Source: Chloroflexota bacterium
GTDB lineage: Bacteria; Chloroflexota; Anaerolineae; UBA7937
Length of the DNA stretch: 35,334 nucleotides
NCBI GenBank assembly: GCA_003453555.1
Contig: DMLA01000018.1
Coordinates: forward strand, 1 to 35,334
Direction of reading: 5' to 3'
The notes under the pieces are model-generated. The model made no database searches and was not told where the DNA came from. It saw only the letters and a list, made by a program, of their open reading frames with translations. The number at the start of each line of letters is the position of its first letter. Position 1 is the stretch's first letter. A program made the translations under genes and the position numbers. Shown here piece by piece: positions 1-9,374 of the stretch.

Positions 1-33
1 CTATCCCTGCCTGAGACCGCTACCCGTCTTCAT

Positions 34-62
34 TTGCGACGGTAGACAAATGAGGGTATAAT
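34..62 (+). promoter_or_regulatory. Candidate sigma70-type promoter of the rpmH operon
   Basis: TTGCGA (34-39), 17-nt spacer, TATAAT (57-62), ending 12 nt upstream of the rpmH ATG at 75. Confidence 0.45.
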
Positions 63-74
63 AGTTTATCGATC

Positions 75-212
75 ATGCCCAAACGGACCTATCAACCCAA
101 GAAGAGAAAGAGGCGGAGGGCCCACGGCTTCCGGGCCCGCATGAAGACCCAAGGGGGGCGCCGGGTATTAAAAGCCCGACGGCTGAAAGGGCGCAACCGG
201 TTGGCTCTATAA
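75..212 (+). CDS. rpmH: 50S ribosomal protein L34
   Basis: Not in the ORF track (45 aa). Hand translation gives [45 protein letters not shown], stop TAA 210-212. Classic L34 sequence directly upstream of rnpA. Confidence 0.95.
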   Translation: MPKRTYQPKKRKRRRAHGFRARMKTQGGRRVLKARRLKGRNRLAL

Positions 213-220
213 GCCATCTC

Positions 221-556
221 ATGGAGAGGAGATACCGGCTTCGGGAGAACGAGGATTTTCAAAAGGTTCGCCAGGAGGGGCGCTCTTGGACTCAGCCGTT
301 GATGGTACTCTGCGCTCTCCCTAACGGCCTGTCCCATAGCCGCTTTGGCTTCTCCGTCAGCCGTAGAATAGGCAAGGCGACCGTTCGCAACCGAGTCAAG
401 CGGATGATGCGTGAAGCGGTGAGGCGAAGGGTGTCGCAGATACCGCCAGGACAGGATCTGGTCTTAATCGCTCGAGCCCCCATCGCCAGGGCCCCTTTCC
501 GAGAGGTGGAGGCGGCAGTGGAGGGACTCCTCTCCCAAGCAGGACTCATCAAATGA
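221..556 (+). CDS. rnpA: Ribonuclease P protein component
   Basis: 111 aa, basic. Has the RNase P protein pattern ([10 protein letters not shown]..., [20 protein letters not shown]). Conserved rpmH-rnpA-yidD synteny. Confidence 0.9.
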   Translation: MERRYRLRENEDFQKVRQEGRSWTQPLMVLCALPNGLSHSRFGFSVSRRIGKATVRNRVKRMMREAVRRRVSQIPPGQDLVLIARAPIARAPFREVEAAVEGLLSQAGLIK

Positions 557-762
557 AGACTATTTTACTTACCTTTATCCGAGCATATCAATCAACCTCC
601 TCTCGGGTTCTGCCCCCCAGTTGCCGCTTCGTCCCTTCCTGTTCCCAGTACGGCTATGAGGCCATCGAGAGATATGGCCCTTGGAGAGGCGGATGGCTAG
701 CCCTTAAGCGCATAGCCCGCTGCCACCCTTTCCATCCCGGGGGGTTCGACCCCCTTCCTTGA
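553..762 (+). CDS. yidD: Membrane protein insertion efficiency factor YidD
   Basis: 69 aa with the [15 protein letters not shown] and HPGGFDP hallmark motifs. ATGA overlap with the rnpA stop. Confidence 0.9.
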   Translation: MKTILLTFIRAYQSTSSRVLPPSCRFVPSCSQYGYEAIERYGPWRGGWLALKRIARCHPFHPGGFDPLP

Positions 763-1862
763 AGAGGAGCACACCCTTGCTAAAAGCGAAAATCGCTCTT
801 ATATTCACACTTCTCATCTTGATCTCCGGATGCGCCAGGCAAGCGCCAGCCAGCGGCTGGTCTAGCCCTATCGTCTCTGGAGACACCCTCTATGTCGGCT
901 CTCCCGGGGGGAGAGTCTACGCCCTCGACGCCGCCACCGGCCAAAAGAGATGGGAGACCAGGATCGTGGAGGAGAAGAGCACCACGGGTCTCTACTCCTC
1001 GCCCATTGTGGGGGAAAGCCTCGTTTACCTGGGCACCTTCGAGGGGAAAGTCGTGGCTTTAGACGCAGAGAAGGGGCAGATTCGGTGGGAGTTTGAGACT
1101 GGGGGAGCCGTAGTGGCCACCCCTCTACTGGGAGGGGATACCCTCTCCCACAGGGATACTTTCGTATATGTGACCTCCTCCGACCATAAGGTATATGCCC
1201 TCCGCGCTCAGGATGGTAGCAAGGTCTGGGAGTTCGAGACGGGGGCCCGGATCTGGGGGGGAGGGGCCTTAGGAGGTGGCCTCCTCTACATCGGCTCTTT
1301 CGACGGCGGATTGTACGCCCTCAATCAGGAGAGCGGCGAAAAGATCTGGGAGTTCAAGGCGGGAGGAGCCATCGCCTCCACTCCTCGCCTAGCCCAAGGG
1401 GTCGTCTACTTTGGCTCCCTGGACAACAAGGTCTACGCCCTAGACGCCGACTCTGGCGAGAAGATCTGGGAGTTCAAGACCCAGAATTGGGTCTGGTCCC
1501 AACCTCTGGTTAGCGGAGACAGAGTCTATTTTGGCTCCCTCGATCATAAAATGTACGCCCTGGACAGGGAAGGCAATGAGGTTTGGGCGTTCGACACAGG
1601 GGGAGCCATCCGTTCTTCCCCCCTCCTGGCCCAAGGGTTGCTCATCTTCGGCTCTGGGGACGGCCATCTCTACGCTCTCGACCAAGAGAGGGGCAAAGAG
1701 ATCTGGCGCTTTCCCCAACAAGAGAGGCTGGGGGCGATCTACTCCACGCCGTCGGTAGCCCAGGAGACCTTATATTTCAGTTCTTATGGGGGCAAGGTAT
1801 ACGCCCTGCAAGTAGAAGATGGCAACCAACTCTGGGAGTTCGAGATGGACAAGGAAGGATAG
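759..1862 (+). CDS. PQQ-like eight-bladed beta-propeller lipoprotein (BamB/YfgL-like fold)
   Basis: TTG start overlapping the yidD stop. Lipobox LILISGC. Eight repeats of the type G.VYALDA.(S/T)G.K.WEF. Confidence 0.8.
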   Translation: MKRSTPLLKAKIALIFTLLILISGCARQAPASGWSSPIVSGDTLYVGSPGGRVYALDAATGQKRWETRIVEEKSTTGLYSSPIVGESLVYLGTFEGKVVALDAEKGQIRWEFETGGAVVATPLLGGDTLSHRDTFVYVTSSDHKVYALRAQDGSKVWEFETGARIWGGGALGGGLLYIGSFDGGLYALNQESGEKIWEFKAGGAIASTPRLAQGVVYFGSLDNKVYALDADSGEKIWEFKTQNWVWSQPLVSGDRVYFGSLDHKMYALDREGNEVWAFDTGGAIRSSPLLAQGLLIFGSGDGHLYALDQERGKEIWRFPQQERLGAIYSTPSVAQETLYFSSYGGKVYALQVEDGNQLWEFEMDKEG

Positions 1863-1865
1863 AAG

Positions 1866-2654
1866 ATGATAGGGCAGTTATGGACAATCGTAATCTTAGA
1901 ACCCATGATCAACCTCTCGGTGCTCCTCTACAGCCTCCTCTTCAACAACTTCGCCCTGGCCATAGTGGGGCTCACCATCCTGGTGAGGCTCATAACCTAC
2001 CCTCTGACCCGGAAGCAGCTCCAATCGATGAAGGCCATGCAGGACTTGAGCCCCAAACTCCAGGCCCTCCAGAAGAAGTACGAGAAGAATAGGGAGAAAC
2101 TCACCGAGGAGACGATGAAGTTGTACAAAGAGCATGGCGTCAACCCAGCAGGCGGTTGCCTGCCCTCGTTGGTTCAGTTGCCGGTCTGGATCGGCCTCTA
2201 CCAATCGATCTACCAGGTCTTGGGGGAGACCCCAGAACAACTGATAGCCCTCTCCCAGCATATCTACCACTCGGTGCCTTTTCTTTATGAGATAGCCCGG
2301 CGGACGATACCCCTAAATAATCGATTCCTATGGCTTAACCTGGCCCTCCCCGACCCCTACTACATCCTGCCCATATTGGTGGTGGCCGTCTTCTGGCTCC
2401 AACAGAGGATGAGCACCGTCCCCTCCGCCGACCCTCAGCAGGCCTCTATGAACCAGACCATGAGCATCATGATGCCCCTCATGTTCGGCTTCTTCACCCT
2501 ACAGGTCTCCTCCGGCCTGGCTATCTACTGGGTTGTCTCCGGCGTTCTGGGCATCATTCAGCAATATTTCGTCACCGGGCGGGGTGGTCTCAGGGCCCAG
2601 CCGGTGGTGTCGGGAAAAGAAGATGGAAGAAAGAAGAAGCGTAGAGGCAAGTGA
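1866..2654 (+). CDS. yidC: Membrane protein insertase YidC (short form without large periplasmic domain)
   Basis: 262 aa. Conserved YPLT.KQ, MK.LQPK...LQKKY, NP..GCLP.L.Q.P motifs and a basic C-terminal tail (GRKKKRRGK). Confidence 0.9.
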   Translation: MIGQLWTIVILEPMINLSVLLYSLLFNNFALAIVGLTILVRLITYPLTRKQLQSMKAMQDLSPKLQALQKKYEKNREKLTEETMKLYKEHGVNPAGGCLPSLVQLPVWIGLYQSIYQVLGETPEQLIALSQHIYHSVPFLYEIARRTIPLNNRFLWLNLALPDPYYILPILVVAVFWLQQRMSTVPSADPQQASMNQTMSIMMPLMFGFFTLQVSSGLAIYWVVSGVLGIIQQYFVTGRGGLRAQPVVSGKEDGRKKKRRGK

Positions 2655-3291
2655 TAAGAGCGTAGAGGAGGCCACAGAGAAGGCCCTCGCCGAGTTAGGG
2701 GCCAGCCGGGAGGAGGTGGAGATCCAAATCCTCAGCCCGGGAGGACGCCGCCTTCTGGGTCTGGGGACCCAAGAGGCACGAGTGCGGGTCACTCTCCGCC
2801 CCCCTGAGCCTGAAGGGGAGGTGGCCCTGGTGGCCAAAGAGGTGCTGGAGAGGCTGCTTGGGGGCATGGGTATCGAAGCCCGGGTGAGCCTTCGCCCCCC
2901 CGACCTTCCAGAAGGACCAAACTCCATCGTCCTGGACATCGCGGGCCAGAACTTAGGCATCCTCATCGGCCGTCGGGGGGAGACCCTGCGAGCCTTACAA
3001 TATATCACCCGCCTCATCGTCAACCGCAGGCTTCACCAGTGGACGGAGATCATCGTCGACGTAGAGGGGTACAAGAAACGGCGCGAGAGGTCCCTCACCC
3101 AACTGGCGCGCCGCATGGCGGATAGAGCCACCCTCCTAGGCCAGGCGGTCTCTCTGGAGCCCATGCCCGCTCATGAACGACGCATCATCCATCTCGCCCT
3201 TCGAGATCACGAGAAGGTCACCACAGAGAGCGTGGGGGAGGGCGATCGCCGCAAGGTGGTGATCTTTCCCCGGGGGCATACGGCTCCCTGA
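2623..3291 (+). CDS. jag: RNA-binding protein Jag/KhpB (Jag_N + KH + R3H)
   Basis: I start at the internal ATG 2623 (MEERRSVEASDKSVEEATEKAL...) rather than the track start 2533, which lies inside yidC. R3H-type C-terminus (ERRIIHLAL). yidC-jag synteny. Confidence 0.85.
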   Translation: MEERRSVEASDKSVEEATEKALAELGASREEVEIQILSPGGRRLLGLGTQEARVRVTLRPPEPEGEVALVAKEVLERLLGGMGIEARVSLRPPDLPEGPNSIVLDIAGQNLGILIGRRGETLRALQYITRLIVNRRLHQWTEIIVDVEGYKKRRERSLTQLARRMADRATLLGQAVSLEPMPAHERRIIHLALRDHEKVTTESVGEGDRRKVVIFPRGHTAP

Positions 3292-3304
3292 GGCAGGCGT
3301 CGGG

Positions 3305-4165
3305 GTGAAGGGACCGGATTTCCTGGTCGTCGGGCATCTCACCAAGGACCTTGGAGAAGAGGGACACACCTTAGGGGGGACGGCCACCTATTCGGCTCTG
3401 ACCGCCAGGAACCTGGGACGAAAAGTGGCCGTAGTCACTAGCGTTGGTCCCGATATGGAGCTCGAAGTCTTAGAAGGGGTCGATCTCCTCTGCCTTCCTT
3501 CGCCAACCACGACCACCTTTAGAAATATCTATCGGGGAGAGGGCCGCTCCCAACTCCTATACCATCGCGCTTCGCCCATAGATGTAGATGCCGTACCTCT
3601 GGAATGGCGAGATCTCCCCATCGTCCATCTGGGACCCGTGGCCCACGAACTAGGAGAGGAGATGGTGTGGCTTTTTCCCCACTCCCTGCTCTGCCTCACC
3701 CCTCAGGGGTGGCTTCGAAGATGGGATGAGGAGGGGCGGGTCCATCCCCAGAGATGGGAGGGGGCAGAGAAGGTGCTCCCTTCTATAGATCTCCTCATCG
3801 TCAGCGAAGAGGATATGAGGGGAGAGGCGGCTTCGCTCAGGCAACATCTTGACCTCCCTCATATAAGCGTGGTAACCCAGGGGGCCCAGGGAGCCACCCT
3901 CTATCATAAAGGAAAGAGATACCGCTTTCCCGCCCCCCGGGCTAGAAGCGTCGATCCCACGGGAGCGGGGGATATCTTCGCCGCCGCTTTTCTAGTAAGG
4001 TTGGCCGAGACAGGGAGCCCCCACATCGCTGCTCGCTTCGCCAATGCCGCGGCCTCCCTGTCGATAGAGAGGACCGCTCTTTCGGGGATACCCACCAGGG
4101 CGGAGGTAGAAGAACGACTGGAAACATCGGCATATACCCATGGGAACGATATTCACCTTGGCTAA
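3305..4165 (+). CDS. PfkB-family carbohydrate/nucleoside kinase
   Basis: 286 aa with the PfkB C-terminal signature DPTGAGDIFAAAFL. Substrate not inferable. Confidence 0.8.
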   Translation: MKGPDFLVVGHLTKDLGEEGHTLGGTATYSALTARNLGRKVAVVTSVGPDMELEVLEGVDLLCLPSPTTTTFRNIYRGEGRSQLLYHRASPIDVDAVPLEWRDLPIVHLGPVAHELGEEMVWLFPHSLLCLTPQGWLRRWDEEGRVHPQRWEGAEKVLPSIDLLIVSEEDMRGEAASLRQHLDLPHISVVTQGAQGATLYHKGKRYRFPAPRARSVDPTGAGDIFAAAFLVRLAETGSPHIAARFANAAASLSIERTALSGIPTRAEVEERLETSAYTHGNDIHLG

Positions 4166-4928
4166 CCAGAAGGGTGGGGTGGGCAAGACGACCACCGCCA
4201 TCAACGTAGGGGCCTACCTGGCCGCTCAGGGGAGCAAGGTACTCCTAGTAGATATCGACCCCCAAGCCAACGCCACAAGCAGCCTAGGGATAAATAGGAA
4301 CCACCTACCTCTCTCCATCTACGATAGCCTCATAAGAGATATGCCCCTGGCTCGAGTAATCCTCCCCACCGAGTGGCTCCACCTGGACTTGGCCCCCTCC
4401 GCACCCTCCCTTGCTGGCGCCCGGGTTGAACTGACCCGCCTTCCCGCCCGAGAGCGGCTTCTACGCCTGGCTCTTCAGCCCCTAGAGGGACGGTACGACT
4501 ATATCATTATCGACCCCCCTCCCAGCCTGGGGCTTCTCACCGTCAACGCCCTCGTCGCGGCTCGAGATGTGATCATCCCTGTGCAATGCGAGTACCTCTC
4601 CCTGGAAGGCCTCACCCATCTCCTCCACACCATCGGCCTCGTGCGGCGAGCCCTGAACCCCGGGCTTCACCTCTTCGGCTTGGTGATGACTATGTACGAC
4701 GCCCGCACCAACCTCGCCCGCCAGGTGGTGGAGGAGGTGCGCAGACACTTCCCCGAGAAGGTCTTTAGGACCATCATCCCCCGCAGCGTCCGTCTCAGCG
4801 AGGCCCCCAGTTATGGGGAGCCGATCTCCGTCTACGCTCCCCGCTCTGCAGGGGCCCTGGCCTACGAGGCCCTCACCAGGGAGATCCTGGAGCGGGTCTC
4901 GGAACGGGAAACCAAGGTGGTGGTATGA
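4140..4928 (+). CDS. parA: Chromosome partitioning ATPase ParA/Soj
   Basis: Deviant Walker A NQKGGVGKTTTAINVG, DIDPQANAT, and the full-length ParA pattern. Confidence 0.92.
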   Translation: MGTIFTLANQKGGVGKTTTAINVGAYLAAQGSKVLLVDIDPQANATSSLGINRNHLPLSIYDSLIRDMPLARVILPTEWLHLDLAPSAPSLAGARVELTRLPARERLLRLALQPLEGRYDYIIIDPPPSLGLLTVNALVAARDVIIPVQCEYLSLEGLTHLLHTIGLVRRALNPGLHLFGLVMTMYDARTNLARQVVEEVRRHFPEKVFRTIIPRSVRLSEAPSYGEPISVYAPRSAGALAYEALTREILERVSERETKVVV

Positions 4929-4964
4929 AGGACCAAAAAGCCCGTTGTTTAGAAGGGAGGCATC

Positions 4965-5798
4965 ATGGCCGAAACCCCTCGTAGAACGAGACGCGGACTG
5001 GGCAAAGGGCTAGAGGCCCTCATTCCCACCCCTCCCCCCTCTGGGGTAATGGAGATAGAGATGGAGAAGATAGAGCCTAACCCTAGCCAACCTCGGGTGG
5101 GCTTAAAGGGGTTGGAGGGGCTGGCAGACTCCATCCGGGAGAACGGCGTAGTGCAGCCCATCATCGTCACCCGAACCGAGGAAGGGTTCCAGATCATCGC
5201 TGGGGAGAGGCGTTGGCGGGCCGCCCAGATGGCCGGACTAGCCACGGTCCCAGCCATAATCCGGGAGGCGGAACCCCCAGATAGGCTGGCCTTGGCCCTG
5301 GTGGAGAACCTGCAAAGGGAGGACCTAAACCCCCTAGAGGCCGCTTCGGCCTATCAGGAACTGATAGAAAATTTCGGCCTGACCCAAGAGGAGATAGCCA
5401 GGAGGGTAGGGAAGGATCGAAGCACGGTGGCTAACACCTTGCGCCTCCTCAGGCTTCCAGAGGTGGTCAAGGGAGCCCTTCTCTCCGACCTGATAAGCGA
5501 GGGGCACGCCAGGGCTCTCCTCCGCCTGGAAAGTGAGCAGCAAGAGCGGGCCCTGGAGGCGATCCTCAAGAGGGATCTCAACGTTCGCCAGACCGAGGAA
5601 CTGGTCCGCCGGCTGGTAGAGGGGGCTCCCCGACCGGCGAGCAAACCCCGGGAGGATCTAGCCCTAGAGGAGGCCTTCAGGCGAGCCTTGGGCACTAAGG
5701 TGACCCTCCTTCGAAGCAAGAAGGGGGGGAGGTTGATCATCCACTTCTACTCCGAGGAGGAGTTGCAAGGGCTCTACGACCTTTTGGTAGAGGGTTGA
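4965..5798 (+). CDS. parB: Chromosome partitioning protein ParB/Spo0J
   Basis: RGLGKGLEALIP N-terminus, IIAGERRWRAA ParB box, HTH EEIARRVGKDRSTVANTLRLL. RBS GGGAGG before the ATG. Confidence 0.92.
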   Translation: MAETPRRTRRGLGKGLEALIPTPPPSGVMEIEMEKIEPNPSQPRVGLKGLEGLADSIRENGVVQPIIVTRTEEGFQIIAGERRWRAAQMAGLATVPAIIREAEPPDRLALALVENLQREDLNPLEAASAYQELIENFGLTQEEIARRVGKDRSTVANTLRLLRLPEVVKGALLSDLISEGHARALLRLESEQQERALEAILKRDLNVRQTEELVRRLVEGAPRPASKPREDLALEEAFRRALGTKVTLLRSKKGGRLIIHFYSEEELQGLYDLLVEG

Positions 5799-5802
5799 AA
5801 GG

Positions 5803-6690
5803 GTGTTTCACGTGAAACATAGGGTCTGCGACTACGAAGGGAGCGACTATAAGGCCTTTTGGCCCGGCCGGGAGTACGAGGACGCCGCAGAGCGGAGCGC
5901 CCTACGAAGGCTCCTCCCCCCAGAAGGGGAGGCGCTGGTAGATTTGGGGGCTGGTTTCGGGCGGCTGGCCGACCTCTACCAGGGCTACAAGAGGGTGATC
6001 CTCCTCGATTTCGCCCGCTCCCAACTTCTTCAAGCCCATCAGAGGTTTGGGGAGGGCAAGTTTATCTACCTGGCCGCCGATATCTACCGCCTACCCCTCG
6101 CCTCCTCCGCAGTCGATACGGCGGTCACCGTGCGGGTCCTCCACCACATAGCGGATATCCCCGCGGCTCTAGCCGAGGTCCATCGCATCCTCAAGCCCAA
6201 GGGAACCTACATCCTAGAGTATGCCAACAAGCGTAACCTCAAGGAGATCTTCCGCTACCTTCTAGGGCGCTCCCAGAAACGGCCCTTTTCCTGGGAACCG
6301 TTTGAGTATCTGGATATGCATTTCAACTTCCACCCCGCCTACATCTCCGCCTCCCTCCAGGAGGCGGGATTCGCCCCCCAGGAAGAACTGGCCGTCTCTA
6401 GCCTGCGCCTCCCCGTACTCAAGCGGCTCTTCGCCCCCGGGGTATTGGCCTACCTAGATGGCCTTTTGCAAAAGCCCACCGCCGGCCTCAAACTGAGCCC
6501 TAGTATCTTCGTCGCGGCTCGAGCCGTCAAGAAGGAAGGGGAAACGCCAAAGGCGTTATTCCGTTGTCTTTATTGCTATACCCCTTTGCAGGAGAAGGAG
6601 ACGACCCTCTTCTGCGCAGGGTGCGGCCAGGAGTGGAGGCCCCAAGAGGGGGTATACGATTTCCGAGAGCCGGAGCGTATCCCCTCTTGA
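5803..6690 (+). CDS. Class I SAM-dependent methyltransferase with C-terminal Cys4 zinc-ribbon
   Basis: SAM motif I VDLGAGFGRL. C-terminal CLYCYTPL...CAGCG ribbon. The 5' end is uncertain: the first codons (GTG 5803 or GTG 5812) are the parS palindrome itself. Confidence 0.75.
   Translation: MFHVKHRVCDYEGSDYKAFWPGREYEDAAERSALRRLLPPEGEALVDLGAGFGRLADLYQGYKRVILLDFARSQLLQAHQRFGEGKFIYLAADIYRLPLASSAVDTAVTVRVLHHIADIPAALAEVHRILKPKGTYILEYANKRNLKEIFRYLLGRSQKRPFSWEPFEYLDMHFNFHPAYISASLQEAGFAPQEELAVSSLRLPVLKRLFAPGVLAYLDGLLQKPTAGLKLSPSIFVAARAVKKEGETPKALFRCLYCYTPLQEKETTLFCAGCGQEWRPQEGVYDFREPERIPS
5804..5819. promoter_or_regulatory. parS: parS centromere-like site
   Basis: TGTTTCACGTGAAACA is a perfect 16-bp palindrome matching the canonical parS consensus TGTTNCACGTGAAACA. 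It begins 6 nt after the parB stop codon. Confidence 0.9.
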
Positions 6691-6759
6691 ACTCCCCCCA
6701 AATATGTTGTATACTGTCGGCGATTCTTAAGCGGTCGCGAAGGAAAAGGAGGTCTGAAG

Positions 6760-7908
6760 GTGAAAGTCTCCTGCTTGCAAGAGAACTTATCTAGGGGCTT
6801 GGCTATCGTGGGACGGGCGGTGAGCCTGAGGAGCGTCCTCCCTGTGCTCCACAACATCCTCTTGGCCACCGATCAATCCCAGTTGAAACTTTCGGCCACC
6901 GACCTCTCCACCAGCATAACCTGCTGGATCGGGGCCAAGACAAAGGAGGAGGGGGCTACTACCGTCCCCGCTCGGCTCCTAGTGGATTTCGTCAACTCTC
7001 TCCCCCCTGAACAGATCGATTTAGAACTGGTAACTCGTACCCAGACGCTCCACCTCAAATGCGCCCGCACCGAGGCCAATATAAAGGTCATAGATGCCCA
7101 GGAGTTCCCTCTCATCCCCACCGCCATCGAGGATAGGAAGATAACCCTTCAGCCCGAAGCGCTGCGCCAGATGATCGAGCAGGTGACCTTCGCCGCGGCC
7201 ACCGATGAGAGCCGCCCCATCCTCACCGGGGTTTTGGCCGATTTCCAAGAAGCAAAACTTACGCTAGCCGCCGCCGATGGCTTCCGCCTCTCCGTCCGCT
7301 CCGCCCCCTTGAGCGAGCCGGTTCCGGAACCGATGAAGGTGATCATCCCCGCCCGGGCTCTTCAGGAACTGGGCCGAGTGGCCGCCGAGGAGGGAGAACC
7401 GGTGGAGATGACCATCCCTTCCGCCAGGAATCAGGTGCTCTTCCACCTGGCAGGAGGGGCTCTGGGAGGACCGATAGAGGTGGTCTCCCAACTGATCGAG
7501 GGGAACTTTCCTGATTACAAACAGATCATCCCCACCAGTTACAACACCCGCACGGTGGTAGATACTAAGGAGTTCCTGAGGGCGGCCAAGATCGCTTTGC
7601 TCTTCGCCAGAGACGCGGCCAACATCGTCCGCCTGCAGATGGCCCCCGGTGAGGAGGAGCCGGGGAGCCTCACCTTGGCCGCCACTGCCGCCGAGGTGGG
7701 CGATAACGTGGGCCAGATCGACGCCACCATCGAGGGACAAGCGATGGAGATAGCCTTTAACGGCCGGTACCTCATCGACATCTTGAACGTCATAGACTCG
7801 GCCCAGGTGGCTTTAGAGACGAGCACCCCCTCCAGCCCCGGCGTCTTCAGGCCCGTGGGCGACGAAGATTTCGTCCATGTGATAATGCCCATGCATATCA
7901 GTCGGTAA
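6760..7908 (+). CDS. dnaN: DNA polymerase III beta sliding clamp
   Basis: 382 aa with the typical DnaN N-terminus (...L...L..V.RAV..RS.LP.L.NILL) and C-terminal MPM. GTG start preceded by AGGAGG. Confidence 0.93.
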   Translation: MKVSCLQENLSRGLAIVGRAVSLRSVLPVLHNILLATDQSQLKLSATDLSTSITCWIGAKTKEEGATTVPARLLVDFVNSLPPEQIDLELVTRTQTLHLKCARTEANIKVIDAQEFPLIPTAIEDRKITLQPEALRQMIEQVTFAAATDESRPILTGVLADFQEAKLTLAAADGFRLSVRSAPLSEPVPEPMKVIIPARALQELGRVAAEEGEPVEMTIPSARNQVLFHLAGGALGGPIEVVSQLIEGNFPDYKQIIPTSYNTRTVVDTKEFLRAAKIALLFARDAANIVRLQMAPGEEEPGSLTLAATAAEVGDNVGQIDATIEGQAMEIAFNGRYLIDILNVIDSAQVALETSTPSSPGVFRPVGDEDFVHVIMPMHISR

Positions 7909-7999
7909 CCGCTGCCCCCTCATAATGGCCGTAACCGACTACCTTGAACCAGCAAAGGGACCATTCCTGGAGTGGTTCCTTTCTCTTTGCCTCTACCCT

Positions 8000-8008
8000 T
8001 GATATAAT
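8000..8008 (+). promoter_or_regulatory. Candidate extended -10 promoter element for recF
   Basis: TGaTATAAT, ending 16 nt upstream of the recF ATG at 8025. Confidence 0.35.
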
Positions 8009-8024
8009 CGTCGCAGGGGTCGCA

Positions 8025-9236
8025 ATGCGCTTGAAACACCTCTCTCTCACTAATTTCCGTAACTATCTCCGCCTGGAGTTGGATCTCCCCCCACAGATCA
8101 CCCTTCTGCAAGGGGGCAACGCCCAGGGGAAGACCAACCTCCTGGAAGCCATCTACTACCTCTCCGCCGCCAGTTCGCCCCAGGCAGAGGCGGACCACCA
8201 ACTGATCAACTGGCGCGCCTGGGAAGAGGATCTCCCCTTCGCCCGGCTGACAACGGATATAGAGGGTGGCTCTCTCAGAAGGTTGGAGATAACACTGCTT
8301 CCCTCACCCCAAGGAAGTCTGCGTAAAGAGATCAAGATAAACGGCGTGAAGCGGCGGGTGGCCGATCTTTTGGGCCTGCTCAAGGTGGTGATTTTCCTCC
8401 CCGATGATGTGGGGTTGATAGCCGGCTCCCCTAGTCCCCGCCGCCGCTATCTGAACGCTCTCATCTCCCAGGTCGACAGGGCCTATCCCCGGGCTCTACA
8501 GGAGTATGAACGGGTCCTCATCCAGCGGAACTATCTCCTCCGTCGCCTGCGAGAGGGAGGCGATTTGAGCCAGTTGGAGTTCTGGGATGAGCGGTTAGTG
8601 GAGAGAGGTTCCCGACTGATAGCCGCGCGCTTGCGAGCGGTCAGCGCCTTGAACGACCTGGCCCAGGAGATCCATCGCCACTTGACCGGAGGGGAGGAAG
8701 ACCTCCGCCTCTTTTACAAGTCCAGCCTCCCTCTAGAAGGGGGGGCTAAGAGCCCCTACCAACTACCCCTGGATATGCTCCACCATCCAGCATCTCAGAT
8801 GGTCCAACCCCATCTGCCGGCGGAGGAGATCGCCAACCTCTTCCACCAGCGGTTGAGGGAGAGGCGTAGGCAGGAGATAGAGAGGGGCGTTACACTCGTA
8901 GGCCCTCATCGAGACGATCTCCGCTTCTTCATAGGGGGGATGGATCTTACCATCTACGGCTCTCGGGGGCAGCACCGCACCTGCGCCCTATCGTTGAAAT
9001 TGGCTCAGGTGGGGCTCGTCCGCTCTCAAACCGGGGAGCGGCCTATCCTCCTCCTGGATGATGTGATGTCGGAACTCGATCTGGCCCGGCGAGAATATCT
9101 CCGGGCCTCTATCGGCGGCGAGGAGCAGGTGATCATCACGGCCACGGAACTGGCCCCTTTCCCCCCCGACTTTTTGAGAAGGGCGGCCCTCTTCCGCATC
9201 GTAGAGGGGAGAGTGGAACCTTTCTCTGTGCCCTAG
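8025..9236 (+). CDS. recF: DNA replication and repair protein RecF
   Basis: Started at ATG 8025 (MRLKHLSLTNFRNY...). Walker A GGNAQGKTNLLEA. LLLDDVMSELD signature near the C-terminus. The track start 7944 adds 27 non-conserved residues. Confidence 0.9.
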   Translation: MRLKHLSLTNFRNYLRLELDLPPQITLLQGGNAQGKTNLLEAIYYLSAASSPQAEADHQLINWRAWEEDLPFARLTTDIEGGSLRRLEITLLPSPQGSLRKEIKINGVKRRVADLLGLLKVVIFLPDDVGLIAGSPSPRRRYLNALISQVDRAYPRALQEYERVLIQRNYLLRRLREGGDLSQLEFWDERLVERGSRLIAARLRAVSALNDLAQEIHRHLTGGEEDLRLFYKSSLPLEGGAKSPYQLPLDMLHHPASQMVQPHLPAEEIANLFHQRLRERRRQEIERGVTLVGPHRDDLRFFIGGMDLTIYGSRGQHRTCALSLKLAQVGLVRSQTGERPILLLDDVMSELDLARREYLRASIGGEEQVIITATELAPFPPDFLRRAALFRIVEGRVEPFSVP

Positions 9237-9253
9237 GCGACCCCAAGAGACAA

Positions 9254-9282
9254 TTGACCTCTCTGCTATCAAATGGTAAAAT
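9254..9282 (+). promoter_or_regulatory. Candidate promoter of the islet nuclease gene
   Basis: TTGACC (9254-9259), 17-nt spacer, TAAAAT (9277-9282). Confidence 0.35.
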
Positions 9283-9374
9283 GCGATGGAGGTCAAGTTT
9301 CTTTAAGTTTTGATACATTCTTCGGTAAATTTGACGTTAAGTGAAATTCCGCCTCCAATAGGAGTAATGCAAAA

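Noticed and set aside
7944-8024. N-terminal extensions proposed by the ORF track (recF 7944, jag 2533, psuK 24188, SBP 13068, small protein A 34114, IS ORF B 11456, IS ORF A 12028)
   Set aside because: Each extension overlaps the upstream gene or lacks an RBS. In every case an internal ATG with a good SD begins exactly where family-conserved sequence starts.
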